From Botryllus schlosseri (Eukaryota): DNA of 64,000 nucleotides. A model generated the notes under the pieces. That model was not told the DNA's origin. It made no database searches and saw only the letters and a program-made list of their open reading frames with translations. Location of the stretch: NCBI GenBank assembly GCA_051294905.1, contig CM119372.1:31622001-31686000 (forward strand), given 5' to 3'. This document shows, in pieces, positions 26,001 through 38,800 of this stretch (the first letter of the stretch is position 1; each line of letters begins with the position of its first letter). The position numbers and the translations under genes are program-made.

Positions 26001-29000
26001 TCGTCACAATACTCAATCACTAAAAAAACGATATACTTGTATGTGATTGAATCACCGGTAATTAACTAGCTAAATCAAACCCCTAAGAAATTTCACTCAC
26101 TCATTGGGTATGAAACAGCGTCGCTTAATCGGTCTATATCGTTTTTCTAAAGGTAAATCATATCCATCCAATAGAAAACAATTTTCACTCACTTGATTAA
26201 TGAAACCGAGATCGACATTCGATATTTTGTTTGCGGGAAATACTTTGCAATAAACACACTGGAGTGTTTGAGCTTTAACATCGTCAAGCTGTCATTTGCA
26301 TCGTTTAATTAACCAACATTTAGCGATTGGTGAACATACCAAACGATACACATCCATCTCCGAAATACTGCATTGATCGTAATTTGCATCATCGTGATAA
26401 TCGAAGTACATTTCTTTCGAATTCGTAACTACCGGCGTTTCTACGACATGATAAATTTTTTGACAAGTTATGCTTAGAAGATTGGTTGCATATCGCGAAA
26501 AATAATATACCACTCATATTGATACTGTTACTCCATTGATCGATATTTTCAAACGAGTAAAATTTATTACTTGAGTTTCTCCGCTTAATGTAAATGCAAA
26601 CTCAGCCGTCTTTTAACATCACAAAGGCATTGATAAAAAGTAGACAATCAAACGCTACAAGTTTAACTTTTGTAGGTTGTGTATGATTACCCCACGCAAC
26701 TCATTTCTTACCAAAAGTAGATGAAATATATTCATGGTACACGAAAATACTCGACATTCCCATGCTACGAACCTGTACAATGATTGGTGACGCTTTCAAA
26801 ACTGTTTCGATACCTCAAGGCCTTTATTGTCTGAATGGATGTTCATGTATCTTAATAATCAAATAGTTCAACACAGAACTAGTACGAACAGAAACACCAG
26901 AGTTGTTTACACAAAAGTTTGTATGTGTACAGTATGCGAATACCATGTGCAAGTCCAGCACAATTGTGGTATCCACCCGAGTTTAGTTAACACAATTTAC
27001 GACACCGAGGTCGCGTCATCTTTCGTAAGACAACAAACCAAGGCTTCAGGATATGTCCATGTCATAGCAATAAATCAGCTACTCCAACAACAGAGTACAT
27101 ATGTTTTTAGTTACGGTGCTTACATCTTTCACATAGATCAATCTAGTTTGCTAACGAAAAGTGCTGAGTCATCACATGATTGCCCTCACAACAAAACAGC
27201 TAGAAGATATTATCATACAAAAATATTCCTAACCCTTTGCCCACCAGTGACAAATCATACAACAAACATTTTTTGTGAGTCGAATTGTTGTTCAGTGTCA
27301 AGTCTACCTGTTGAAACGTACATTAAAACAACACAGTCACAATTCAATTAAAACCACGAATCTATTTTCATTTCGTCACATACAGAAAAATAAATTTCCT
27401 TTCCCCAACACATACTTGTAACCAATCGCTTTCATTAAACACACAACTTCATAAAAGTATTTACTTTCTACAACATAGACATTCCGATGTAGTCAAGAAA
27501 TATTTTTATTAATCAAAATCATCGATTTCTGTTCACGGCGTTAGTGTGTGCATGTCATAGCGGCGGGCCCCGTATTAAAACGGACACGACACGACTGAAT
27601 GTAAGGGGGTAGTCTATCGCATCGATTTACATGTGGTCTTCGCTACGGTTTCAAAAAACGAATCATCCATTTTGCATTGATCGAGACCGAGCGAACCAGT
27701 TACATGTATTCGCGGTAATGATTTTGTTTGTCATATGCGAATGGTAGGGTTGCTACTCTGACAAATCAACATACAACAATCTTAATAATAGCAATTTCAT
27801 TTTCCGCCCCTTCATAATTGTATACGCACGAAAAGTATATTGTACAACTCGGCAACTTCGTTTAACAAGACCAATCACACTACCAGCGTTGAACACAAGA
27901 TACCTACCCAAGTCAAAAATATCATACTGGTTTGGACAACTGACGTTTACCTGTGTAAAATTGTCATTTTCACTTGGAGGTCCACCGTTACCTAACTAAA
28001 ATACCATTGTCCTTTGGGGATTTATCGTTAACCCAGTGTAACAAACCCCTTTTCACTTGGAAATATATTTTTACCCTGGATAACAAACCCCTTTTCACTT
28101 GGAAATCTATTTTTTCCCTGGGTAACAAACCTTTTTCACTTGGAAATATATTTTTTCCCCGGGTAACAAACCTTTTTCACTTGGAAATATATTTTTCCCT
28201 GGGTTACAAACCTTTTTCACTTGGTGGTCCGTCGTTTACTTGAGTAAAAATATCATTTTCCTTTGGGGGATCTGGCGTTTACCCAGTGTAACAATACATT
28301 TTCTCTTGGTCATCTAGCTTTTCCTAGAGTAACAAAACCATTTTCATTTTGAAATCTGACAAACACACCTGACAATTTGATATTTTTGTATATTGTTACA
28401 ACGGATAGCGACAAAATATACACCAACAACAACTCCAATACATTTCTGTAATCACATATTCACTTGTGCTGATGCAACCCATCAAAATCATCGGTTACCC
28501 ACATGCAATGTGCTGTTGTACATCGACGTTTATGTTTTTGGAAAATTGGACAATAGGCTTCGATAGTTCTGTGATGTCCGGGTTCGTGCTTCGGATTTTC
28601 CAGAGTCAAAATGTCTGAATAAAACACCTCCTTGACGATGGTTGGTATGTGGATAACGGTGTTCGGAAAACGATTGGATTTATGTCACCCATCGCGATAA
28701 CAAATTCCAGGTCGAGTTTTCCTCCCGCATGTTTACTATATTGTGTCTTTATTGGTCAATGTATGTCTCGACATTCGGTTTGAAATCGGAAACCCTGATA
28801 AAGTATGTAACCGGATCCGGATATCAACTCTGAATCGATAAACCAATGAACAATACTCAAAGTAAACATGTTACACCCTGTGTTTCCACGAAAAAAATAC
28901 CATCCAGACATACGTCGCGCTTGTTTGCCCACATCAGTATACGCGTAAATGGAGGTGTGTGACATTGCATGCAATGTGTTGGTATACAAACATCGATCCA

Positions 29001-29102
29001 CAGACATTATCATAGCCGGTAGTTTTGATGTAGATCGAATGTCATCAAGCACACCCGATAACAATGTCATACCAATAAGCCCCATTGCAATTACTCTGAG
29101 TC
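23024..29102 (+). repeat. Left arm of the giant inverted repeat (6079 bp)
   Basis: Reverse complement of 30090-36633; mirrored ORFs in the track (e.g. 26292- vs 32770+, 23736+ vs 35733-, 23399- vs 36034+). Confidence 0.97.
27950..28350. repeat. ~41-bp tandem array inside the left arm (mirror copy ~30840-31330)
   Basis: Unit GGGTAACAAACCTTTTTCACTTGGAAATATATTTTTCCCT with degenerate outer copies. Confidence 0.9.
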
Positions 29103-30089
29103 AATCTGAAGCATGACATACAGACACACAAACATGGAACCCTAACATGGGTTATTCGCACGACGGTGAAAGTGAACTATACAACACATACCAATTGGGC
29201 GTTCACAGTCGAATATGCGAACCATGCACAATCATATACCCTGATTTTTGTTGGATATGTACGAAACCGATAAATCGATAGATTTCTTTTCCTTCAACGT
29301 CAATAATACAAAGGTCATTCCAATTCATCGCTCGAATGTGAGGTTCGTCTGGTGTAAAATTCATGTCAAATAACACCAAAGTGTGCCTTCCGTGTTTTAT
29401 TATTTCCACCGATGCATCTTGTCTGTGTCGTAACACTATGGTGCGGGGAGTTGAAAAACGGTGAATTGTGAAACGGATTGACATGACCAACAGAATCGAC
29501 GTCAATAGACTTGTGACGATGTCGTTTCAAAATGCTACCGATATGGCAAACTGAGAGCAGCGTCAATAGCCTTGTGGTGATGCCGTTTCAAAATGTTCTT
29601 CGATATGACGAGAGCGACCTCGATCTCTTGTGGTGATGACCGTTTCGAAATGTCACCGGACGAACTGGACCCTTACGAAAGTGTGTTTTATGATTGCGTG
29701 TGAAATCACGAAAGGTAGTGTTCTATTGTGGTGCACGATCACAGTCTTCATTCCACAGAAACATACCTTATTGGATCACAGTATCAGTCCGAGATTTGCA
29801 CGATATTTATCTGGAGTCGTTATGTGGGAGTAGCGACATCCATTGATCGTGACTGAAAGACTGATCGCAATCATTTCGAGCACCGTACTTCGATAGTTCA
29901 CCTTGGTCAAACGCTGCAATCTCAGCAGAAAACTTCGGTGTCGACAACACGACGGATATTGACCGATGTATCCAATTGGTCTGGGTGGTCTGTCCGGAGA
30001 TAGGACCATTACTATCTTGTAATGTTACAACACGATAACACCATCGAGTAAATCAATGAACGGTGCCGAAATATCGATGTAATAGCGCG

Positions 30090-33000
30090 GACTCAGAGTC
30101 ATTGCAATGGGGCTTATTGGTATGACATTGTTATCGGGTGTGCTTGATGACATTCGATCTACATCAAAACTACCGGCTATGATAATGTCTGTGGATCGAT
30201 GTTTGTATACCAACACATTGCATGCAATGTCACACACCTCCATTTACGCGTATACTGATGTGGGCAAACAAGCGCGACGTATGTCTGGATGGTATTTTTT
30301 CGTGGAAACACAGGGTGTAACATGTTTACTTTGAGTATTGTTCATTGGTTTATCGATTCAGAGTTGATATCCGGATCCGGTTACGTACTTTATCAGGGTT
30401 TCCGATTTCAAACTGAATGTCGAGACATACATTGACCAATAAAGACACAATATAGTAAACATGCGGGAGGAAAACTCGACCTGGAATTTGTTATCGCGAT
30501 GGGTGACATAAATCCAATCGTTTTCCGAACACCGTTATCCACATACCAACCATCGTCAAGGAGGTGTTTTATTCAGACATTTTGACTCTGGAAAATCCAA
30601 AGCACGAGCCCGGACATCACAGAACTATCGAAGCCTATTGTCCAATTTTCCAAAAACATAAACGTCGATGTACAACAGCACATTGCATGTGGGTAACCGA
30701 TGATTTTGATGGGTTGCATCAGCACAAGTGAATATGTGATTACAGAAATGTATTGGAGTTGTTGTTGGTGTATATTTTGTCGCTATCCGTTGTAACAATA
30801 TACAAAAATATCAAATTGTCAGGTGTGTTTGTCAGATTTCAAAATGAAAATGGTTTTGTTACTCTAGGAAAAGCTAGATGACCAAGAGAAAATGTATTGT
30901 TACACTGGGTAAACGCCAGATCCCCCAAAGGAAAATGATATTTTTACTCAAGTAAACGACGGACCACCAAGTGAAAAAGGTTTGTAACCCAGGGAAAAAT
31001 ATATTTCCAAGTGAAAAAGGTTTGTTACCCGGGGAAAAAATATATTTCCAAGTGAAAAAGGTTTGTTACCCAGGGAAAAAATAGATTTCCAAGTGAAAAA
31101 GGTTTCTTACTCTGGGAAAAAATAGATTTCCAAGCGAAAAGGGGTTTGTTACCCAGGGAAAAATATAGATTTCCAAGTGAAAAGGGGTTTGTTATCCAGG
31201 GTAAAAATATATTTCATAGTGAAAAGGGGTTTGTTACACTGGGTTAACGATAAATCCCCAAAGGACAATGGTATTTTAGTTAGGTAACGGTGGACCTCCA
31301 AGTGAAAATGATAATTTTACACAGGTAAACGTCAGTTGTCCAAACCAGTATGATATTTTTGACTTGGGTAGGTATCTTGTGTTCAACGCTGGTAGTGTGA
31401 TTGGTCTTGTTAAACGTAGTTGTCGAGTTGTACAATATACTTTTCGTGCGTATACAATTATGAAGGGGCGGAAAATGAAATTGCTATTATGATCGGCAGA
31501 AGATTGTTGTATGTTGATTTGTCAGAGTAGCAACCCTACCATTCGCATATGACAAACAAAATCATTACCGCGAATACATGTAACTGGTTCGCTCGGTCTC
31601 GATCAATGCAAAATGGATGATTCGTTTTTTGAAACCGTAGCGAAGACCACATGTAAATCGATGCGATAGACTACCCCCTTACATTCAGTCGTGTCGTGTC
31701 CGTTTTAATACGGGGCCCGCCGCTATGACATGCACACACTAACGCCGAGAACAGAAATCGATGATTTTAATTAATAAAAATATTTCTTGACTACATCGGA
31801 ATGTCTATGTTGTAGAAAGTAAATACTTTTATGAAGTTGTGTGTTTAATGAAAGCGATTGGTTACAAGTATGTGTTGGGGAAAGGAAATTTATTTTTCTG
31901 TATGTGACGAAATGAAAATAGATTCGTGGTTTTAATTGAATTGTGACTGTGTTGTTTTAATGTACGTTTCAACAGGTAGACTTGACACTGAACAACAATT
32001 CGACTCACAAAAAATGTTTGTTGTATGATTTGTCACTGGTGGGCAAAGGGTTAGAAATATTTTTGTATGATAATATCTTCTAGCTGTTTTGTTGTGAGGG
32101 CAATCATGTGATGACTCAGCACTTTTCGTTAGCAAAGTAGATTGGTTTGTGTGTAAGATGTGAGCACCGTAACTAAAAACATATGTACTCTGTTGTTGGA
32201 GTAGCTGATTTATTGCTATGACATGGACATATCCTGAAGGCTTGGTTGGTTTGTTGTTTTACGAAAGATGACGCGACCTCGGTGTCGTAAATTGTGTTAA
32301 CTAAACTCGGGTGGATACCACAATTGTGCTGGACTTGCACATGGTATTCGCATACTGTACACATACAAACTTTTGTGTAAACAACTCTGGTGTTTCTGTT
32401 CGTACTAGTTCTGTGTTGAACTATTTGATTATTAAGATACATGAACATTCAGACAATAAAGGCCTTGAGGTATCGAAACAGTTTTGAAAGCGTCACCAAT
32501 CATTGTACAGGTTCGTAGCATGGGAATGTCGAGTATTTTCGTGTACCATGAATATATTTCATCTACTTTTGGTAAGAAATGAGTTGCGTGGGGTAATCAT
32601 ACACAACCTACAAAAGTTAAACTTGTAGCGTTTGATTGTCTACTTTTTATCAATGCCTTTGTGATGTTAAAAGACGGCTGAGTTTGCATTTACATTAAGC
32701 GGAGAAACTCAAGTAATAAATTTTACTCGTTTGAAAATATCGATCAATGGAGTAACAGTATCAATATGAGTGGTATATTATTTTTCGCGATATGCAACCA
32801 ATCTTCTAAGCATAACTTGTCAAAAAATTTATCATGTCGTAGAAACGCCGGTTGTTACGAATTCGAAAGAAATGTACTTCGATTATCACGATGATGCAAA
32901 TTACGATCAATGCAGTATTTCGGAGATGGATGTGTATCGTTTGGTATGTTCACCAATCGCTAAATGTTGGTTAATTAAACGATGCAAATGACAGCTTGAC

Positions 33001-36000
33001 GATGTTAAAGCTCAAACACTCCAGTGTGTTTATTGCAAAGTATTTCCCGCAAACAAAATATCGAATGTCGATCTCGGTTTCATTAATCAAGTGAGTGAAA
33101 ATTGTTTTCTATTGGATGGATATGATTTACCTTTAGAAAAACGATATAGACCGATTAAGCGACGCTGTTTCATACCCAATGAGTGAGTGAAATTTCTTTG
33201 GGGTTTGATTTAGCTAGTTAATTACCGGTGATTCAATCACATACAAGTATATCGTTTTTTAGTGATTGAGTATTGTGACGACATTTACTTTGACGAATGA
33301 CGATGGGAAAATTTCCAATTTCTCTGATCGTGTGTGTTGCGCAAATAGTTCTAGTATGCATTCAGTGAACATCAGACAAATTGACAACGAATTTCAGTAG
33401 TTTGGTTAGATGATGACAATTATTCTGGAGGTTAAAATCGATATCACTACTATGAGCAGCAATACAAAGACATTTTCTGTAGATTTCAGTGTAGCACATA
33501 CTGTGATTTTATTATTGATATGAGTTTGTATTAACCAAGTCTGTGGAATAGGACGCATCGGTAACGATATTACAATTGCTTCTGTGCTGATCAAAACCTT
33601 GAAGTGTAGATCTATAGACTTCACAATTTTTTTTTTTTTACATTTAGCACGTACAATGGTGGGTGTGAAAGGATTAAATATTGATCACACGATTCGAACG
33701 ATCCTGGATTAATTTCCCGATCAAAAACATTTCGCACATGCAAGTCCTCGTTTTACAAATCGATGCGTTAATTAAAAATATCCATGAAAAGTTTGTTGAT
33801 ATCACAATAACCAACACCGGTGTAATTACGTCATGATTCAATAATCAAGTCATGATAGACTATTACAAAATCTCGTATGTCAAACTAAAGTATCAATCCT
33901 TATGATTACATCATGATAATATTCAATATAACACCTGCGTTCGATTGTAAGAAATGAATTCTCAACTACGTTGCTCGGACTTTGAAATCTCGTATACTCA
34001 AAACATATGTTAATCTCAAGTTGCGCGCACCGAGTAGTAATTACTTTTGTCTTACAAAATATACCGAGTAGTAATTTGTTTGTCTTGCAGAATATACCGC
34101 GTAGTAATTCCTCTATCTTACAGAATAGTAACGACTTTTCAAGTTGAATAAAAAAAAAGATGTGTAGGGATATGAATACAACCGAACTTGTTATGGATTT
34201 TAGGTTTTAGTGATTGTATGGACTCGTGTATGTTCGGTTGTTTTTCGTACTGATACTGTTTGAGTTGGTCGGGTAACGGATTTACTTGACAATGTTTTCG
34301 TGGTTGACTCTTTGAATATCGTAAGATGGTAAGATTTCAAGACGTAATACTATTTCCGTACACTCAATTACAACAAAACATAACCCGCATTCAAATAATC
34401 CGTAAGCTACAAGTGGATTTAAAACTTGATGCTGTTTTGTGGTTAACTCAAGTCAGTAGTCATGTTTGTGTTGATTTCGGGAATGATCATGACGAGTTGG
34501 TCGGGTAAATTAGGTAATGTGGTAGTAACTATGATCTTACCGAGTTGCTGACATTCAAATATCTTTTACGCTGTAATATACGGATTTAATTGTGATAAAT
34601 TATTTCTCAGTTATTGTTCAGACATTCAAATCTCGTATACTCAAAATATAATATGTCCAAGTCAAAACGTATATGCACCGATTAGTAAATACTTTGTCTT
34701 CAGAATAGTAACAACCTTTACAATCGAATAAAAAAAGACCGAGCATACGAATACAACCAGGATGAATTAATTCAAATTCATGAGTTGCAGTGATATAATC
34801 AAGTAATTGAAAACTAGATTTTTAACAATTGGTAATGTTGTGAATAATTCTTTTGAGTATGGTAAGATGTAAAAATATCTCTTTGACAAACGGAAAGCCA
34901 GACCGTGAATAGAGTTGTAATGTTTCATTACTTGTTTCAAATCAATGTGTGTATAATATCGAAACGGGACTGTGGGGAAGTTGGTAGTCATGTTTGTCAA
35001 TCCTATTTCAATTCACAATATGTCAAAGTCCAAATATTTCATTTTGGATTATCTGGATTTAGCTTTAGTACACCCCGCGAATGGATTCCGACACCGTACT
35101 ATAACGTTTTTGATAATAAGGACTCGAGGATTTTCAATCAACAATACTGGAATTTTTTGATAATGTTAGAGCTGGCAAATGATTAGTTGCGTGTTTTTGT
35201 TAAGAGTTTGATTTCGTGATGATAAAGACAATAACTGTATAATACACATACTTGTGATTCTTGATTCTTGTAGAGTTATAGTTGTATTGATTCTATAAGT
35301 GCGAAAACAGCGGCGCGGAATGTGCGAATAATTCGATGCGGCTGAAAGTCGGTGTCAGTAATATTCGGTTACGGTCGAATCAAAAGATTTCTCAAAATAA
35401 TTAGAATTGTACCGAATTAACACATTCAGATACGAATCAACTTGGTTTGTGCAGTAAGTTTCATTTCAAGTTGACAAATTAACACATTACTTGTATATTC
35501 ACATGATTCTTATCATACAACTAAAGTCAACCACGTTCCGAAGTGTCAAAACATATAGCAAGCACCAGAAAGTGTCAAATTGTTGGTTTTCGAATCACCG
35601 TCTGCGACGGCTCTGTGACAAACTAATTACCGAAATATTACCTTGTGAGCGATCGGTATGTCTGTAACACCAAGTCACTAAAATGGTTATGCCCGAGACA
35701 TTATCTTGTCAGCGATCGCGGGGTTTTGTAAACTATTTCACACATTTTTGAAGTGTTAGTTTGTGAACGCGGTTATTTGTTGATCGCTTTTCGTGTCGCT
35801 GCTGAATACTGAATACTCCTGAATGTAATAGTGCTGACTGGATTAGTGTAATAATCGATAGTAGCACGCGGCTGGCCGTGAAACAATTCCACACACAGGT
35901 CATTCGAAATATAGGTCGCACTGCTTAATCCTCACAACAAGCCGCGTTTCCGTTTGTGCGGCACGATATACACATTAACAAAGATTCATTCACATGACTA

Positions 36001-36633
36001 TTTACTTGATACATATTCAACACCGGTCGAGAGATGTATATACCCGAAAGTACGAATCACCGCCGCACCCATAAGAACACATGGCGAATCACCAACACAG
36101 CCTATACGCGAAAGCACGACATGCGAAAGTACGACGTGCGAGAGATGCCTTTACCCGAAAGGACAATTCACGGCCGCACCCATAAGAACACATGGCGAAT
36201 CACCACAGATCCCGTAAGAATACATGACAGGCACATCACCGACGCAGCCTATACCTGAAAGGGTGCCGTCACCAGAGATACCATAAGAAACAATGGCACA
36301 TCACCATAGATCCCATAAGAACCAATCGCACATCACCAGAGACCGCGTAAGAAACAATGACACATCACCAGAGATCCCATAAGAACCATTGGCACATCAC
36401 GAGCGATAGGGGGTCTGAAAGGGTACCATCATCACTACGAGTTTTCACGGCAGGTCATGAGCGAGCCCTATACCTGAAAGGGTGGGGTCACCAGAGATCC
36501 CATAAGAAACAATGGCAAGTCACCAGCGATAGGGGGTCTAAAAGGGTGTGGTCACCAACACGAGTTTTCGCGGCAAGTCACGAGCGGGCCCATAAGAACC
36601 AACGCTAGTTCGCGACCGATCGTATATACTACT
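30090..36633 (-). repeat. Right arm of the giant inverted repeat (6544 bp)
   Basis: Near-identical to the left arm except scattered substitutions, an extra 378 bp (34919-35296) and two extra ~41-bp repeat units. Confidence 0.97.
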
Positions 36634-38142
36634 GCCATCATGAATATAATTAAATGCGATCAAAACCCTTCAAATGTCACTCTCTAGCACCATTTCATTG
36701 CAAAAAACGGCTGCATACTTTACATTTTGGCTTCATTTCAATTTTGACAGTTCACCGGTCCGCCAGACATTTTTTGAAATTTTACCGGTCCGCGAGTCGA
36801 AAAAGGTTGAGAACCACTGATCTAGAGTCTGTCAGCCGTCAGTAACATCGAATGCAGCAACGAAGACATAGGTGCCGCCGCGCCGGCTTGTGACGACATA
36901 ATGAATACTTGTCGATTGTCGATAACATCATATCGTTGCACTAGAACGCACTTTACTCCATGCCATTTCTGTGTACAGCATTAAAATTCTGATGCGTCGT
37001 TTTAACACTTGCACCGTACTCGTTAACATTAAGCCATACATCTCAATTCAATCTTTGTGCAATCAATGTGCGATTATTATTCAACTGTAACTGTAGTAAG
37101 AGCAATATGGGCGGATATAACGACGTGATCAATAGAAATTCGATTTGTACCAAATGGCCGATTGTTTGACGTTCGATATTGGTGCCCTCGTTACCAGTCC
37201 ATCCGGTGTCGATCAAGTTTATCGGAATATAATATATTCCTGTTGGAACGAGTCGAATAATCGAATTAAACACTGTGCCATGCACACTGCGCCATGCCCA
37301 TAACGAATTAATCTATGCAGTTGCACATTGCACATTTACAAGTCTACGAAACGAATGATTACAAATTGGAAATCGCATATCATATCAGTAATTTGTCTCC
37401 AACATAAAATACCATGGGATTTTGGGCTACACTTCTACCATCCCCTATTTACGCTAGAAAATCCTTACTGGATTGAATGACGATGATGCGCAGAAGGCCC
37501 TAATGAAATCCAATTAGCGTGCATAATTGCATACTCAATAACACTTTCCAATTTCGCGGTCCGATTAAAGAACTATCACGAAAGAACGAGTATTTGCTCA
37601 TCCGATTCATAGCAACGATGAGATGGAATTTCTCGGCTCGTGCTCGTCATATTGACATGTGCAACGAAATCACGATTTTATCCTCTCTCCCATTTCGCGT
37701 AATACATAGTGATCATTATTTTCGAACCGTATACAACTGGCCAACTAGGTTGTGCTGATGATAAAATTGCGGGCATGCCGAATACCCACAATATTCACAG
37801 GCATATTTCGCATACCGAGGCTCGGCACTAATGTATGAAAATTGAACATTGAACATACGACTGCTCTACTGTTAATTTCCCAGGAACATGGTTAGTCGGA
37901 AAAGGTAGCACCAAAGAAGCAAAGATTCTTAATTTCGCGAAGTTCTGCTGTTGAATTATGTGAAATCAGCAAATATGGTTATTGCATATATAATAGCATC
38001 TTATGAAATACGTCGGAGCCGGAGCCACCCCTCAAATAACTGGCTCCAGCTCCGGCTCCGGCTGAATTTTATGTAGAGCTCCGGCTCCGGCTCCAGCTCC
38101 GGTAAAAATGCGCGGCTCTGGGGCTCCGACTGCAAAGCCCTG

Positions 38143-38800
38143 GTTTCGACGCATTGGCAGATCCAGGTTCCAGTCACATTTTTAGTAAATCGACGTACAT
38201 TACAATAAACTAAAATAGTAATAACATTTTTCTTCACGCTTCGCGTGTTTAATTATCACACGATTTCTTTCTTTGTAGCCTACCCCCACCTGAAAATGAA
38301 AAAACGCCCGATTTAGCCGATTGAGTCTAACTATATTCGTAATTGCGAGAGAAAGTATTTTCGCGTTTGCGCTCGCAGAAAGATCGTCGGCGATGAAATA
38401 TAGGCACAAAATGATTGTCCTATATTAGCGGAAATCTTCGATATCGGTATGTCCAGGTGCCGAATAGTCCTGTCCTTGCAAACTGAGCCCAGCGGGCGGT
38501 ATACAGTCGACCCGCAATATACCCAAGTAATAATAATATTGACTTTGAAATTTTCACGCGCCTGGCGCGGCTAGATGGGACTCGTTCGTCAATTTCATGT
38601 GGCCCTTCAACCGAAAAGGTTGGCCACCCCTGGTTTATATAGATTACTAATTTACCCGTAGGTTAATTATCCATAGTAATCCAGAGTCTGTCAGCCGCCA
38701 GTGACATCGGATGCAGCAACGAAGACATAGGTGCCGCTGTGCCGGCTTGTGACGACATAATGAATACTCGTCAATTGTCGATAACGTCATAGTTGCACTA
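38143..38800 (+). repeat. Local duplicate of the MITE plus flank at 17960-19442 / 21964-21980 / 36820-36945, lacking the nested insertions
   Basis: Shares the MITE end and the non-MITE flank AGATTACTAATTTACCCGT...TAATC(C/T)AGAGTCTGTCAGCCG...GCAGCAACGAAGACATAGGTGCCGC. Confidence 0.88.

Larger units (their letters stand above)
23024..36633. mobile_element. Palindromic non-autonomous Polinton/Maverick-like element (13,610 bp)
   Basis: Ends AGTAGTATATACG...CGTATATACTACT; perfect 6-bp TSD GCCATC at 23018-23023 and 36634-36639; ~31-bp subterminal repeats. Family assignment rests on termini and TSD only, as I recognise no pPolB, integrase, ATPase, protease or capsid ORF. Confidence 0.8.
21981..36819. 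mobile_element. hAT MITE (CAGTGGTTCTCAACC TIR) split by the 13.6-kb palindromic element
   Basis: Perfect TIRs CAGTGGTTCTCAACC / GGTTGAGAACCACTG, ACCGGTCCG subterminal motifs, and 8-bp TSD ATCTAGAG at 21973-21980 and 36820-36827. Confidence 0.92.

Noticed and set aside
23049..36608. Short mirrored ORFs as intact Polinton core genes
   Set aside because: All are under 180 aa, several are repeat translations, and none shows pPolB, integrase, Walker A ATPase, adenain protease or capsid motifs that I can recognise.
23024..36633. Palindrome as an assembly or chimeric-read artefact
   Set aside because: The arms differ by substitutions and indels, the ends have a perfect TSD, and the host MITE and its own TSD resume correctly on both sides. 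Long reads would still be the formal test.
17584..38142. One giant element bounded by CAGGGCTTT...AAAGCCCTG with CTCCGG repeats
   Set aside because: The 8-bp flanks do not match (CTCCTGTA vs GTTTCGAC); two separate fragments of one MITE family is the simpler reading.
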